Source of the DNA: a virus
Reading direction: 5' to 3' (one strand)
Virus record (IMG/VR): IMGVR_UViG_3300037137_001673
Coordinates: 11,971 to 75,970 of that record
DNA length: 64,000 nt
In this document: positions 26,950 through 36,932 of the stretch, in pieces
Layout: every line of letters starts with the position of its first letter
Numbering within the stretch: position 1 is the first letter of the stretch
Made by a program: the position numbers and the translations under genes
Notes under the pieces: model-generated
What the model was told of the DNA's origin: nothing
Database searches by the model: none
Seen by the model: the letters and a program-made list of their open reading frames with translations, nothing else

Positions 26950-28611
26950 ATGGCAAAAAGCCCTTCAATAACAATTTTTGAGCAGGATAAATCATCCTAT
27001 ACAGTAACTTCAGCACAGACTATTCTAGCACTGGTTGGATATGCTACAAAAGGTATCATAAATACAGTAAAGTCAATAGCTTCAAAAACTGATTTCTTAA
27101 AAGCTTATGGAAATCCATCAACTACTTCCCCTTGGGGTTCTCTAACTGCTCTAAGAGGTTTCAACCAAACAGGTCAAGTTTTATTTGTTAGAGTTGGAAA
27201 TTTAGCTGCTGGTGATTCTTCTACTTGGCTTTCTTATGCCGAGAGGGTAATAAGAGGATATAAATTTACTAACTCAGCTGATTCAATTAAAATTTTATTT
27301 CAAGCAAAAGAATATGGTTCAGCTTTAAATGGTTCTTATGTTACTTTTACTCAACGAAGTAATCCTATTAATGGTGATAGTATTTATGATCTTAAATATT
27401 ATTATGGTGGAAATTTACAAGAGACTTATTCTGCCATTAGTTTTAAAATTGGAGATTCTAGATTTTTCCCAACACTAATAAATGCTCTTCCTGAAAATGG
27501 TGGTTCTAACTGGCTTTCAATCCAATATAAAGTCTGGAGTGGTGACTCAAGAGTTAGAGCAGTACCCGCTTCTACAACTGGAACAGTTACTACTTATTAT
27601 TTGGGGCAATCTTCTGGATATGGTGATTCAAATATTGCTCAATCTTGGAGAGGTGATAGTTGGCAAGCAGCAAGACCTGGAATGACAACTTGGTATACTT
27701 TTAGAACTGGTAAAGATGGAATTCTTCTAAATTCTGGAGATACATTGTTTACTAATCAATTAGCTACATCTGCAGCTTTAGCAAATCAAGAAATGTGGGA
27801 CTATCATATTCTTGCTTGCCCTGACAATGGAAATTCTGCAGTAGCAGATGCTGGTATTGCTCTAGCTGAATATAGAAAAGATTTCTTATTTTTGGTAGAT
27901 CCTCCTTTTGGAAAGACAACAACTAATGTTACTGCTTGGCATAATGGAACTGGTTCTCAAGGTAGAACTACCGTACTTAATAGTTCTTATGCTGCTACTT
28001 GGTGGCCTTGGCTTAAAGACTATAATCCGATAGCTGGACAATATGTGTGGTCTCCTCCTTCTACTTTCATAGCTGAAAAATTACTTGAAGTAGATAAGAA
28101 TTATGGACCTTGGTATGCACCAGCTGGTGATATAAGGGGAAAAATTCTAGCTTACGATTATGAGACTTCACCTTCTTTAAGTGACAGAGAAGTGCTTTAT
28201 GGTGATTTAAATGCCGTTAACCCAATAGTAAATTTTGCAGTAAAAGGTCTAGAAGTTTATGGACAGAAGACATTATTACGAGCAACTACTGCTCTTAATA
28301 GACTTAATGTTAGAAGAATGGTAATCTATGTTAAGAAGTTAATTAAGAAGGCAATGGATGGAATTGTATTTGAGCCACATAATGCTGACAGTTGGGCAAG
28401 GGCTAGAACGATTATTAACAGCATACTTGAACCTGTAAGACAAGCAAATGGACTAGCAGACTACAAAGTAACTATTGATGATAATACTAATACTCCTGAT
28501 TTAATAGCTCAAAGTATTATGAAAGGAATTATACAACTTGTTCCAGTTGGAACAATTGAAATCATAGAATTGACTATGCAAATTAAAGCAGCGGGATCAT
28601 CAATTTCATAA
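26950..28611 (+). CDS. contractile tail sheath protein (T4 gp18-like)
   Basis: SPSITIFEQD, LNSSYAATWWPW, PWYAPAG..RG, YGQKTL...LNRLNVRR, FEPHN; SD AGGAGG. Confidence 0.95.
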   Translation: MAKSPSITIFEQDKSSYTVTSAQTILALVGYATKGIINTVKSIASKTDFLKAYGNPSTTSPWGSLTALRGFNQTGQVLFVRVGNLAAGDSSTWLSYAERVIRGYKFTNSADSIKILFQAKEYGSALNGSYVTFTQRSNPINGDSIYDLKYYYGGNLQETYSAISFKIGDSRFFPTLINALPENGGSNWLSIQYKVWSGDSRVRAVPASTTGTVTTYYLGQSSGYGDSNIAQSWRGDSWQAARPGMTTWYTFRTGKDGILLNSGDTLFTNQLATSAALANQEMWDYHILACPDNGNSAVADAGIALAEYRKDFLFLVDPPFGKTTTNVTAWHNGTGSQGRTTVLNSSYAATWWPWLKDYNPIAGQYVWSPPSTFIAEKLLEVDKNYGPWYAPAGDIRGKILAYDYETSPSLSDREVLYGDLNAVNPIVNFAVKGLEVYGQKTLLRATTALNRLNVRRMVIYVKKLIKKAMDGIVFEPHNADSWARARTIINSILEPVRQANGLADYKVTIDDNTNTPDLIAQSIMKGIIQLVPVGTIEIIELTMQIKAAGSSIS

Positions 28612-28697
28612 GAAACGCCAACGACAACTCATATATGTTATTATAAGTTTAAGAACCTTCTTAACAGAAGGTTCTTTTATTTTAATGAGTAATATAT

Positions 28698-28733
28698 ATG
28701 GGAATTATTTATATATTGGAAATTAAAATAAAA
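28698..28733 (+). pseudogene. GIY-YIG N-terminal remnant
   Basis: ATG GGA ATT ATT TAT ATA TTG GAA (MGIIYILE) behind the same hairpin as at 12092, then cut off by a terminator. Confidence 0.6.
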
Positions 28734-28762
28734 AGCCCCTCTTTTTGAGGGGCTTATTTTTT
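28728..28762. terminator. bidirectional terminator between convergent modules
   Basis: A run-AAGCCCCTC-TTTTT-GAGGGGCTT-T run. Confidence 0.8.
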
Positions 28763-30347
28763 AGTTATATGTTATGAGAGAAAAACTATTAGGTATAAAT
28801 GTTATTAAAGCATTACAGCAATAATTATATGAAAATGAAAATTCTAGAAATAATTGTTCCTTATCTATTTCTTCAGCTAGACAAGTTTTACAGATAATTT
28901 CTTCATTGTCAAGAGTTATTAAGTAACCTTCTGGAACATTGGAGAAAATTGTTCTGCAAGAATTACAGATTTCAATATCTTCTTCAGTTTCTTTAAGACA
29001 TTCTACACAAATCCATTTTTTAGTATCTTTAAAAGAAAAAAGTTTAGATTTTAGTTCAGTTTTTTCACAAGTATCACAAACTGTATAAAAAGTATCAAAA
29101 CAATGTTGACAAACTCTTGTATTTTTTGTGTCTAATCTTGAAGTATCTATCCACATTTCAGTATTACATATATGACATTGTACTACTCTTTCTCTGTAGC
29201 ATTTATCACACATAATTCTTCCATCAAAAGTATGGGATATGCTTTCTATATAATATGTGCACGTGCTACAATACTGTCCTGAAACTTTTTCTATATTTAT
29301 TTTTTCATCTATGAGATGTGTTAATCCATATTTGTAAACAAATATAGAACTTCCATCTATAAAAAGATTGCCTCTATTTTTGTCTATGTAAGAATAATGT
29401 CCTGCTGAAGCAGTTCCTTCAATATAATATCTTCCATTATAATTACTAAATTTACTATAATCAATATAAATAAAACAACTTTTTTTATTTTTGAAATATA
29501 GAAAATCTATTGGATGTTTAGAACAAAATTTTTCTTGTTTTACAAAAGGAAGTTTTGTTGTATTTCTTATAACTTCTTGTTCTAGAATTTCAGAAGGGAA
29601 GAAACGAATTAAATTTAGATCGTTATACTTATTTAGTATTATCCAAGATCTAGAATTAAAAGCATCAGTCTTCATTCCATGATAAATTTTTTTGCTACCA
29701 TCCGTAACATAAAGCATTGCTCTATTTGGATCTCCAACAAGTCCAGGAAGTCCGCTCCAATAAGAACCACTGAAATTACTTTCAAGGTTAATACAAGAAC
29801 TCCACTTTTCTCCGGAAGCAGATAGAAACCAGTCAGCAAAATTTAAGGAGAAAACTATTTCTATTCCGCTTGAAGGAAGCTTATAAACTCCTACTTTATT
29901 AAGAGCATTTATAATTTCTTGTTCTAGACATTCTATATCATAAGTATTTTTAGAATTAAAATTATCAATTCCAGTGATACGACTGGCGGATGCTTCATGA
30001 GAAAGATAATAGTCAAGAATTACTTTCTTTAATTTTAAAGTCCTTCCTTTAAGAGTAAATTTATTGCTTCTAAAATTTGAATATTGAATATTGGTTTCTA
30101 GACAAAAAGAAGTAAAAAACTTTCTGAATAAGGTCCAGCCTTTGTCAAATTTTTCTAAAAATTCTTCTGGAATTTTATATCGAATTCTTAAGTCTGGAGA
30201 ATTTTTAAAAATTTCTTTATAGAAATTATCTGTAACTGGTTCGTAAATTCTTTTTTTAAAAACTTTTAAACTTTCTTCTTCAAGGCAAAAGTGATTTGTA
30301 ACCAATTCTTCGATAATTTCTAGATTCTTAATGTCAGTTTCATTCAT
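28761..30347 (-). CDS. Cys-motif protein paralogue 1 with C-terminal Zn-ribbon repeats
   Basis: LNFADWFLSASGEKWSSCI...WSGLPGLVGDPNRAM; multiple CxxC pairs. Confidence 0.75.
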   Translation of the reverse strand: MNETDIKNLEIIEELVTNHFCLEEESLKVFKKRIYEPVTDNFYKEIFKNSPDLRIRYKIPEEFLEKFDKGWTLFRKFFTSFCLETNIQYSNFRSNKFTLKGRTLKLKKVILDYYLSHEASASRITGIDNFNSKNTYDIECLEQEIINALNKVGVYKLPSSGIEIVFSLNFADWFLSASGEKWSSCINLESNFSGSYWSGLPGLVGDPNRAMLYVTDGSKKIYHGMKTDAFNSRSWIILNKYNDLNLIRFFPSEILEQEVIRNTTKLPFVKQEKFCSKHPIDFLYFKNKKSCFIYIDYSKFSNYNGRYYIEGTASAGHYSYIDKNRGNLFIDGSSIFVYKYGLTHLIDEKINIEKVSGQYCSTCTYYIESISHTFDGRIMCDKCYRERVVQCHICNTEMWIDTSRLDTKNTRVCQHCFDTFYTVCDTCEKTELKSKLFSFKDTKKWICVECLKETEEDIEICNSCRTIFSNVPEGYLITLDNEEIICKTCLAEEIDKEQLFLEFSFSYNYCCNALITFIPNSFSLITYN

Positions 30348-31586
30348 TTAATAATTCTCTTCTTCATCCCCATATCCATCGTCTTCATCATAATAGGAAT
30401 CATTTCTTTCGTAGAAATCTGCTATTTTTTTAAGACGATTTCCTTTAGTTTCAGTTTTCCAAACTTTCCCATTGATTAAGCGCTTTAAGCCACCACTATA
30501 ATTAAATCCCTCATCTGTATAATTAGGCTTTTTGTCTTCTTTTCTAGAATATGAAGAACTACCACTTCCTCTAACATATCTACCATAAGTTCCAAATTTA
30601 TGATGTTCTGCTACATTTTTGTTAGCCATTTTAATAGACAAGTTATCAAAATAGATTGAGTTAAGAAATTCCCCGTTAGTAATTTTATGCCAGAATAATT
30701 CAATGTAATATCTTCCAATATAGCTTTCTGGATGGCAATCTTCATCATTTCCATAAAATTTTATATTGAAAGCTTTTTCTGTCATATTGGTTATTCCTAA
30801 ATAGTTAGGATATTCCCTAACCATTGTAAGAAAAGTTTTATTTATTGTATCTTTGGATTTAGATCTTATAATCGTAACCCAGCTTCTAGATATAATTCTA
30901 TCAACTATTATACCATTATAATTTTTCTTAACTCCATCGGTGATATAGACCATCGCCCTATTTTTATCTCCAACAAGTCCAGGTAATCCACTCCAGAAAG
31001 CTCTTTCGTAAGAACTATCCAAAGAAATACATGAAGTCCATTTTTCTCCAGCAGAACACAAAAACCAGTCAGCAAAATTTAGAGAAAAAACAATTTCGAG
31101 TTTTTTGTTAGGTATTTTCATTGTTCCTATTTTCTCTAAAAGGATTCTTATTTTTTTTGTGATAGTCTCTTCATTAATAGTTTCATAATAGCCAAATCCA
31201 AGATCTTTTGTGGCGTATGAAATATTTTTAATATAAAAATCTTCAATAACTTTCTTTATTTTTACTTCTTGTCCATTAATTGTTATTTTATTTTTTTTAT
31301 AATGATTATAATTTATTTTATTTTTTTCGATAAAATAAGAAAAGTTTTCCTGAAATATTTTCCATCCATTATCAAATTGTTCCACAAGTTTTTCATCAAG
31401 CGGTATTCTTTTGCGAAAATCTTTTTTTTCTCCAATTATTTCTTTAAATTCTTTTGCGATAAGTGGTTCATAGAATAATCTGTATTTAAAAAGTTTAAGG
31501 CTCTCGTCGGTTAAAGAAAAATGATTTTTTACAAGATAAAAAATCTTGAATTTATTTTTTAGGTCTTGAAATTCAGTTTCGGGCAT
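30348..31586 (-). CDS. Cys-motif protein paralogue 2 (no Zn ribbons)
   Basis: LNFADWFLCSAGEKWTSCI...WSGLPGLVGDKNRAM; acidic tail. Confidence 0.75.
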   Translation of the reverse strand: MPETEFQDLKNKFKIFYLVKNHFSLTDESLKLFKYRLFYEPLIAKEFKEIIGEKKDFRKRIPLDEKLVEQFDNGWKIFQENFSYFIEKNKINYNHYKKNKITINGQEVKIKKVIEDFYIKNISYATKDLGFGYYETINEETITKKIRILLEKIGTMKIPNKKLEIVFSLNFADWFLCSAGEKWTSCISLDSSYERAFWSGLPGLVGDKNRAMVYITDGVKKNYNGIIVDRIISRSWVTIIRSKSKDTINKTFLTMVREYPNYLGITNMTEKAFNIKFYGNDEDCHPESYIGRYYIELFWHKITNGEFLNSIYFDNLSIKMANKNVAEHHKFGTYGRYVRGSGSSSYSRKEDKKPNYTDEGFNYSGGLKRLINGKVWKTETKGNRLKKIADFYERNDSYYDEDDGYGDEEENY

Positions 31587-31670
31587 TATACTCCCTTTCT
31601 ATCTTTAAGTATAACATTTTTTTTGATTTTTGTAAATTTTTTAAGTTTTAAAATTTTTGGAGTTTAATTA

Positions 31671-31949
31671 TTATTGTCTAGCAAACATTTTTGGATCTAA
31701 AACAGTAGATAGATTAGTTTCATTTTTTATAGGATTTTTAGGATCTATTAAGTTAATTTTTGTATCTGTGTTTTTTAACACAGGTGATTGACTTACTGAT
31801 AGTATAATTTCAGTTTTTGGATTTTTGAAACTAGTTTCACTGAAAATAGTTCCAGTTTTTGGATCTTTAATTGCTGAAGGGGCAATGTCTATTTCTGGAA
31901 CTTTTGCTAAATCAATAGAAGTATTTATAGTTACTGGTTTATCTGCCAT
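31671..31949 (-). CDS. hypothetical late protein
   Basis: Late motif at 31967, SD GAGGA; internal DPK repeats. Confidence 0.6.
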   Translation of the reverse strand: MADKPVTINTSIDLAKVPEIDIAPSAIKDPKTGTIFSETSFKNPKTEIILSVSQSPVLKNTDTKINLIDPKNPIKNETNLSTVLDPKMFARQ

Positions 31950-31971
31950 AGAAGTCCTCTATAGAGTATCT

Positions 31972-32283
31972 TTACTCATCTTCCAGTTCGTCTTCTGGTT
32001 CTTCATCATCTTTATCTAAATCTCCCATTGTAATTTTTTCATTAGTCAGTTTATTGTAAGACTTTATTAAATACTTTGTGTCATAGTAAGAAATTTCGTC
32101 AATTAACATGGAAGATATTTCTTCCATTAATTCTGCTTCTTTGCTAGGAGCACTGGAACTTACAGAACTTTCTGTAATTCTTTCTTCTTCTGGAAAAACC
32201 CAGTTCCAGTATTTTACTAAATCTTTTTTAGATAGTAATTTTATCTTTTCTTCTATTGTAGAGATTACATCATCAATTGTCAT
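31972..32283 (-). CDS. hypothetical acidic protein
   Basis: 103 aa, SD AGGAG. Confidence 0.65.
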   Translation of the reverse strand: MTIDDVISTIEEKIKLLSKKDLVKYWNWVFPEEERITESSVSSSAPSKEAELMEEISSMLIDEISYYDTKYLIKSYNKLTNEKITMGDLDKDDEEPEDELEDE

Positions 32284-32426
32284 ATAAAACTCCTAGTTGG
32301 TATATAAGTGTTAATTATTTTTAAAGATAAGAAATATTGCCACTATTCCTAGTCCAGTCAACATTACTGCTACCACTGGAAAAAAACCAGCTATTAAAAG
32401 ACCTGCTATTATAGCACATCCAATGC

Positions 32427-33590
32427 CTATACTTCGTTGCATATTTCTTCCTTATGTTTAGAAGGAGTGGGAACATCAGTTGGTTTTGAGTGGTGTTCTT
32501 CTTCTTCGAAATTTTCGTCAAAACCTATTGGCATTTGTTCTTCGTCTTCTAAATTTTTTAAAATTTCGTCTATATTTCCATCCATTTCTCTATTTATCAT
32601 TTCAGAATATTCGATATTATCATCTTCCGTTAGTAAATCCTCATAAGTAAGAATTTCTTTTCTTAATTGTCCCATGCAATCTAAACAAATAAAGTCATTA
32701 CAAACTTTTGAGAAAATTGTTTGTACCTTTTCAGTATTACAAAACATACAAATTTCACCAATATATTCTGCTGAGGTATAGGCTGGAATTTCTATATTTC
32801 TTGTTTTATTTAAAATTGGACGATATCCAAGTCCATAATATGTATTATGAAAACAACTTTTTGGAGCTTCAAATTTTTCTTTTACATTTTTTATAATTGC
32901 ATGTGTGAAATCCATAGCAACTTTAAGATCGTTAATATCAACAAATTCTGATTTTGAGTGAGGATTATAATAACCAACGCTTAAATTGGCACAACTAATT
33001 TGCTCGCTTAAAAAATTTGCATCCGAGAAACAGCCAATTCCTTGTTTATAACCAAATACTCTACCTATTTCTAGAAGAGTTTTTTCAAATTCTTCAGTTC
33101 CATAATTATTATTGGCACAAATAATATCTTGATAACCTTTTCTATCAAGAACTAGTCCATAAGGAATATCAATTAATTTTTGAGTTATCATGAAATGTTT
33201 AATTCCATTTCCTCCGCATTCTTCTTCTACGGAAAAAACAAAATTACATAAGTTCTGGCAAGCTAAAGTTAAAGCTATAAAAATTCCACACTTATCATCT
33301 CCTCCAATTACACCATAACCACTTAAAATATTTCCTCTTATTTTAATAAATTTAACTAAAGTAGCATCTATTTCATCTTGAACTGTATCCATATGCGCAG
33401 AAAGTAGCGGAACATTTTTTTTGGAGATGTTGTATATGTTACCACACTTATCAGTCCAATGAGGAATGTCATACTTTTTAAGCACTTCCCTTATTACACT
33501 AGCCATTTGTGTTTCTTTTTTTGTTCTTGCTGGAGTTTGGAAAATTTTTTCCAGTAATTTGAGATCCATTATTGTTCCTTCATTTTTCAA
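32427..33590 (-). CDS. M20/M28-family zinc peptidase/deacylase with C-terminal Zn finger
   Basis: SAHMDTV, GGDDKCG, VEEECGG, LDRKG, YYNPHS; C-terminal CxxC...CxxC. Confidence 0.85.
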   Translation of the reverse strand: MKNEGTIMDLKLLEKIFQTPARTKKETQMASVIREVLKKYDIPHWTDKCGNIYNISKKNVPLLSAHMDTVQDEIDATLVKFIKIRGNILSGYGVIGGDDKCGIFIALTLACQNLCNFVFSVEEECGGNGIKHFMITQKLIDIPYGLVLDRKGYQDIICANNNYGTEEFEKTLLEIGRVFGYKQGIGCFSDANFLSEQISCANLSVGYYNPHSKSEFVDINDLKVAMDFTHAIIKNVKEKFEAPKSCFHNTYYGLGYRPILNKTRNIEIPAYTSAEYIGEICMFCNTEKVQTIFSKVCNDFICLDCMGQLRKEILTYEDLLTEDDNIEYSEMINREMDGNIDEILKNLEDEEQMPIGFDENFEEEEHHSKPTDVPTPSKHKEEICNEV

Positions 33591-33618
33591 GTATATAAAT
33601 TTATTTCTTTCTTGTCAA

Positions 33619-35109
33619 TTATTCGTGGTCTTTATGTAATTTAATTCCCTTTTCACAGGCGCAAGCATAACAATAAATATGTCCTGTTTTTGTTTTTACT
33701 TTGTCTTTTATATTGCCTACAAGTTTCCCACAAGAAGAACAATTTGCATACTTTTCATAAAAACATATTTCACAAATAATATTTCCTTTTGGATCTTTTT
33801 TGTTAATGCCATTTTTTAGACTTACTTCTTCACTACAACAGTAGCAATCAGTGTATCCTTCATGATAGCAATTTTCACAATAATAAATACCACGCTTGTC
33901 TATATATTTATCTTCGTTGTGGTAAGCATCATCACAATTATTACAGGTGAAAAAAGCTTCTCTATAACAGTTTTCGCAATAAACATCGTTGCCATCTGGC
34001 CCATAAAAGGCATGGTTTTCATCTATCATTCTTCCACAATTAGTGCATTCATATCCACTATCTTCGCAACTTGAAAGATTTTTTCCTTGTGAGATTAATC
34101 CTTTAAGTCCTGCGCCACGCCAATTAAAAATTCTATTTTCATTTATTTCACCATTTGGTGCTATGTGATTATAACCATGATGGCCGAAACGAAGATATAA
34201 GTCTTTACACAAACCGAAACTATCCTGAAATACACCAGCACTATTTCCATTTTTATATTTAATTAAATCTACTGGATATTTGCTTTGAAAATTTCTAGTA
34301 GTTTCATCTTCATGATTAAAAGTAAGTTTTGTTATTTTGTTAATTTCTGAAATTTTTATTAGAGAATTAGGATAAAATCTAACTATATGCATTTCATTTT
34401 TATTGCTTAAAAGAACCCAACTTCTAGCCAAAAATCTATCAACCTTAATATTGCAGTAACTTTTTTGCGCACCATCAGTTAGATAAATCATTGCCCTATT
34501 CTTATCTCCAACTAGGCCAGGCAATCCGCTCCAATAATTTCCATCATAGTCACTATCCAGAGAAATACAGGAAGTCCATTTTTCTCCAGTAGAACAGAGA
34601 AACCAATCAGCAAAATCAAGAGTTAAAACAATTTCAAGTTTTCCTTTAGAAAGTTTATTTGCTCCGATTTGATTCATTGTATCGTCAAATTTTTTTTTCA
34701 TTTGTTTGCGATAAAACTCTTCGTTATCGCTTGAGTAACAATGGATACCAAATACTTGGCAAGCTTCACGAATAGGCAGTTTTTTTAGAAAATACTCTTC
34801 CATAAATTTAACAAGTTTGCGTTCGTTCTTATCAACAGTAATTTTATTGTTGAAGAAATTTTCATATTTTACATTAAAATTTAGAATGAAACCAGAAAAC
34901 CAGTTCTTAAATAATTGCCAGCCTTCATCAAATCTTGAACAATCAAATCCATCAACTGGAAAACGCACTCTCAAATCATTTTTGATAAATTTTTTATAGG
35001 TTTCATCAATGAATGGATCAAAGAGATAGTTTTGGAATTTTTTTAGTCCTTCTTCGCTAAAAGCAAAGTATTCTTTTACCAGATCAAAAATAATTTCTTT
35101 GTTACCCAT
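33619..35109 (-). CDS. Cys-motif protein paralogue 3 with C-terminal Zn-ribbon repeats
   Basis: LDFADWFLCSTGEKWTSCI...WSGLPGLVGDKNRAM; four CxxC...CxxC units. Confidence 0.75.
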   Translation of the reverse strand: MGNKEIIFDLVKEYFAFSEEGLKKFQNYLFDPFIDETYKKFIKNDLRVRFPVDGFDCSRFDEGWQLFKNWFSGFILNFNVKYENFFNNKITVDKNERKLVKFMEEYFLKKLPIREACQVFGIHCYSSDNEEFYRKQMKKKFDDTMNQIGANKLSKGKLEIVLTLDFADWFLCSTGEKWTSCISLDSDYDGNYWSGLPGLVGDKNRAMIYLTDGAQKSYCNIKVDRFLARSWVLLSNKNEMHIVRFYPNSLIKISEINKITKLTFNHEDETTRNFQSKYPVDLIKYKNGNSAGVFQDSFGLCKDLYLRFGHHGYNHIAPNGEINENRIFNWRGAGLKGLISQGKNLSSCEDSGYECTNCGRMIDENHAFYGPDGNDVYCENCYREAFFTCNNCDDAYHNEDKYIDKRGIYYCENCYHEGYTDCYCCSEEVSLKNGINKKDPKGNIICEICFYEKYANCSSCGKLVGNIKDKVKTKTGHIYCYACACEKGIKLHKDHE

Positions 35110-35110
35110 A

Positions 35111-36262
35111 TTACACTCTTACCATTGCTTTTTGTGGAAAATTCAAAATTAAGGATTTGGTAATCCTTTTAGGTAATTCTCTTTTAAGTTCTTTTACTAG
35201 AAGTTTCTTATTTACAGGAATTTTTGTAATAGTAGAATCAATTTCGCTTGCTAAATCTTTTATAGAAATTTTTACGAGCATTGAAAGAATTTTGTAAATG
35301 TTTGATTCAGTCATTTGGATATTTTTTATATCCAATTCATGCTTCCAGTAAATTGTCCTTGCTTCCGTGCAAAACTTATCTAAAATACTTCCGGCTATAG
35401 TATATACTAAAACATCACTATTCTTATAAATGAAAGAAGTTTCTTTCTTAATTGAATTTGATGAATTAAAAATTCTTTTTTCTACAAAGGGAGAGTTAGT
35501 TACTTTAGCAATTAATCTTGAGGAATATTCTGAGTCTTCAATAAAAGGTCTTATAATAATTCCCTCCATTAATTGTCCTGGAAGTTCAGAAGTCATAGAA
35601 ACTGCATTTGCTAGTTTTTTAATTTCTTCTTCATCAAAATTTATTAATTTAATCAATGGAACATGAAGAAGTTCAACAGATTCCATTAAATTAGAAAAAT
35701 CATCCCAGCACATCCAGTTTTCATTAAGAAAGATGTCATGAAAATAAATTGCTTTTGAACTGGAAGATTTAAAATAAGAAATCTCTTTAGAAATTTCATT
35801 GTTTATAAGTTCTCCAAATAAACAAAATGGGACAGAAATTTTTTCTGCTAACTTAATAAATTCATCCTTGTAATTTACAAGTGATTTTATCATAAATTGA
35901 CTTTCCAAATCATCTTTTAAGTTTCCCCAACGATTTCCAAATTTATAAGTTTTTCCATCGAACATTACACGAATACTTAAGCCACGTAATTTTTCTAATA
36001 CTACAATGGCTCGTTTATCAAATTTTTCACAAAGTTCATCATTTAGTTCTTCCACTCTTGCTATAGCTTTATCATTGGATTTATTTGTAAAACCAGTCTC
36101 CCAACCATTTCTTCTACAATAACCTTCATAATAATCATCATCGTAGTTATATGGATAATTATTTGGGTTAGTTACTGTTGTAGCTGGGACATTTTGTGTT
36201 TGTATTTGATTAATTGGTTCAGGCATTTGTTTTCTTTTTTTAAAAAATCTTCGTGTAGTCAT
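35111..36262 (-). CDS. RNA ligase, Rnl2-like nucleotidyltransferase
   Basis: Motif I EKLRG, III LFGEL, IIIa YFHDI, IV MEGIIIRP, V IAKV. Confidence 0.75.
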   Translation of the reverse strand: MTTRRFFKKRKQMPEPINQIQTQNVPATTVTNPNNYPYNYDDDYYEGYCRRNGWETGFTNKSNDKAIARVEELNDELCEKFDKRAIVVLEKLRGLSIRVMFDGKTYKFGNRWGNLKDDLESQFMIKSLVNYKDEFIKLAEKISVPFCLFGELINNEISKEISYFKSSSSKAIYFHDIFLNENWMCWDDFSNLMESVELLHVPLIKLINFDEEEIKKLANAVSMTSELPGQLMEGIIIRPFIEDSEYSSRLIAKVTNSPFVEKRIFNSSNSIKKETSFIYKNSDVLVYTIAGSILDKFCTEARTIYWKHELDIKNIQMTESNIYKILSMLVKISIKDLASEIDSTITKIPVNKKLLVKELKRELPKRITKSLILNFPQKAMVRV

Positions 36263-36305
36263 AATAAAAAAGAGGGCTTTTCACCCTCTTTTGTTCTATG
36301 TGGGC

Positions 36306-36623
36306 TTAAGCATCAATTAGTTTGACAAATAGATGGTAGGCGCGCACAAGTACTTTATCTTCTTTATTAAGGGTAAAAGTAACGGTAAATGTTTTCGCAT
36401 TTAGTTTTAGAACTATGCCTTCTACTACATCCTCTTTATACCTAAAAACAATTTTGTTTCCAGGTTTAATAGTATTTCTAGCTAGTTCGGCATTTTCATC
36501 AGAGTTTTGTATTTCCAAAGCTCTTTTTGCTGCTTTCTTTTCTTTAATTATTTTATTTATTTCTGCCTTAAGTTCGTTTAGGTTTTCAATAGACAAAATA
36601 TCAAAATCAATTTTTGTAGCCAT
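36306..36623 (-). CDS. coiled-coil plus SH3-like small protein (paralogue of 56713)
   Basis: DILSIENLNELKAEI...PGNKIVF...VEGIVLK. Confidence 0.7.
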   Translation of the reverse strand: MATKIDFDILSIENLNELKAEINKIIKEKKAAKRALEIQNSDENAELARNTIKPGNKIVFRYKEDVVEGIVLKLNAKTFTVTFTLNKEDKVLVRAYHLFVKLIDA

Positions 36624-36854
36624 AATAAGAAAACTCCTTTATTAGTTTCTATCTATATTATAAAATATTTTTTGATTTTTGTAAATTGTTTTAGATTAGT
36701 ATTTATTTATTCTAGGATAACCATTTTTGAAATAGATAGTTAAATAATAATAAGAATAACAATCTTTTTTAAAAACTGCTACTCTAGCATTACTTTTATT
36801 AGAAGCATAAGTAAAAATTAGAGATAGAGTAATTATTTGTTGTTTCATTAATTT

Positions 36855-36926
36855 AAGGGCTAGGGAAGGTTGAACTCCGCATCTAAACCTTGAAAGGGTT
36901 TTGACCTACCTTTAGTCGATAGCCCC
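36855..36926 (-). tRNA. tRNA-Glu(TTC)
   Basis: Cloverleaf; anticodon arm AAACC-CTTTCAA-GGTTT; weak T stem. Confidence 0.8.
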
Positions 36927-36932
36927 ATCTAT

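Noticed and set aside
826-28611. GADS as a phosphopantetheine attachment site
   Set aside because: Only a couple of sites are GxDS, and they lie in beta-rich proteins, not helical carrier domains
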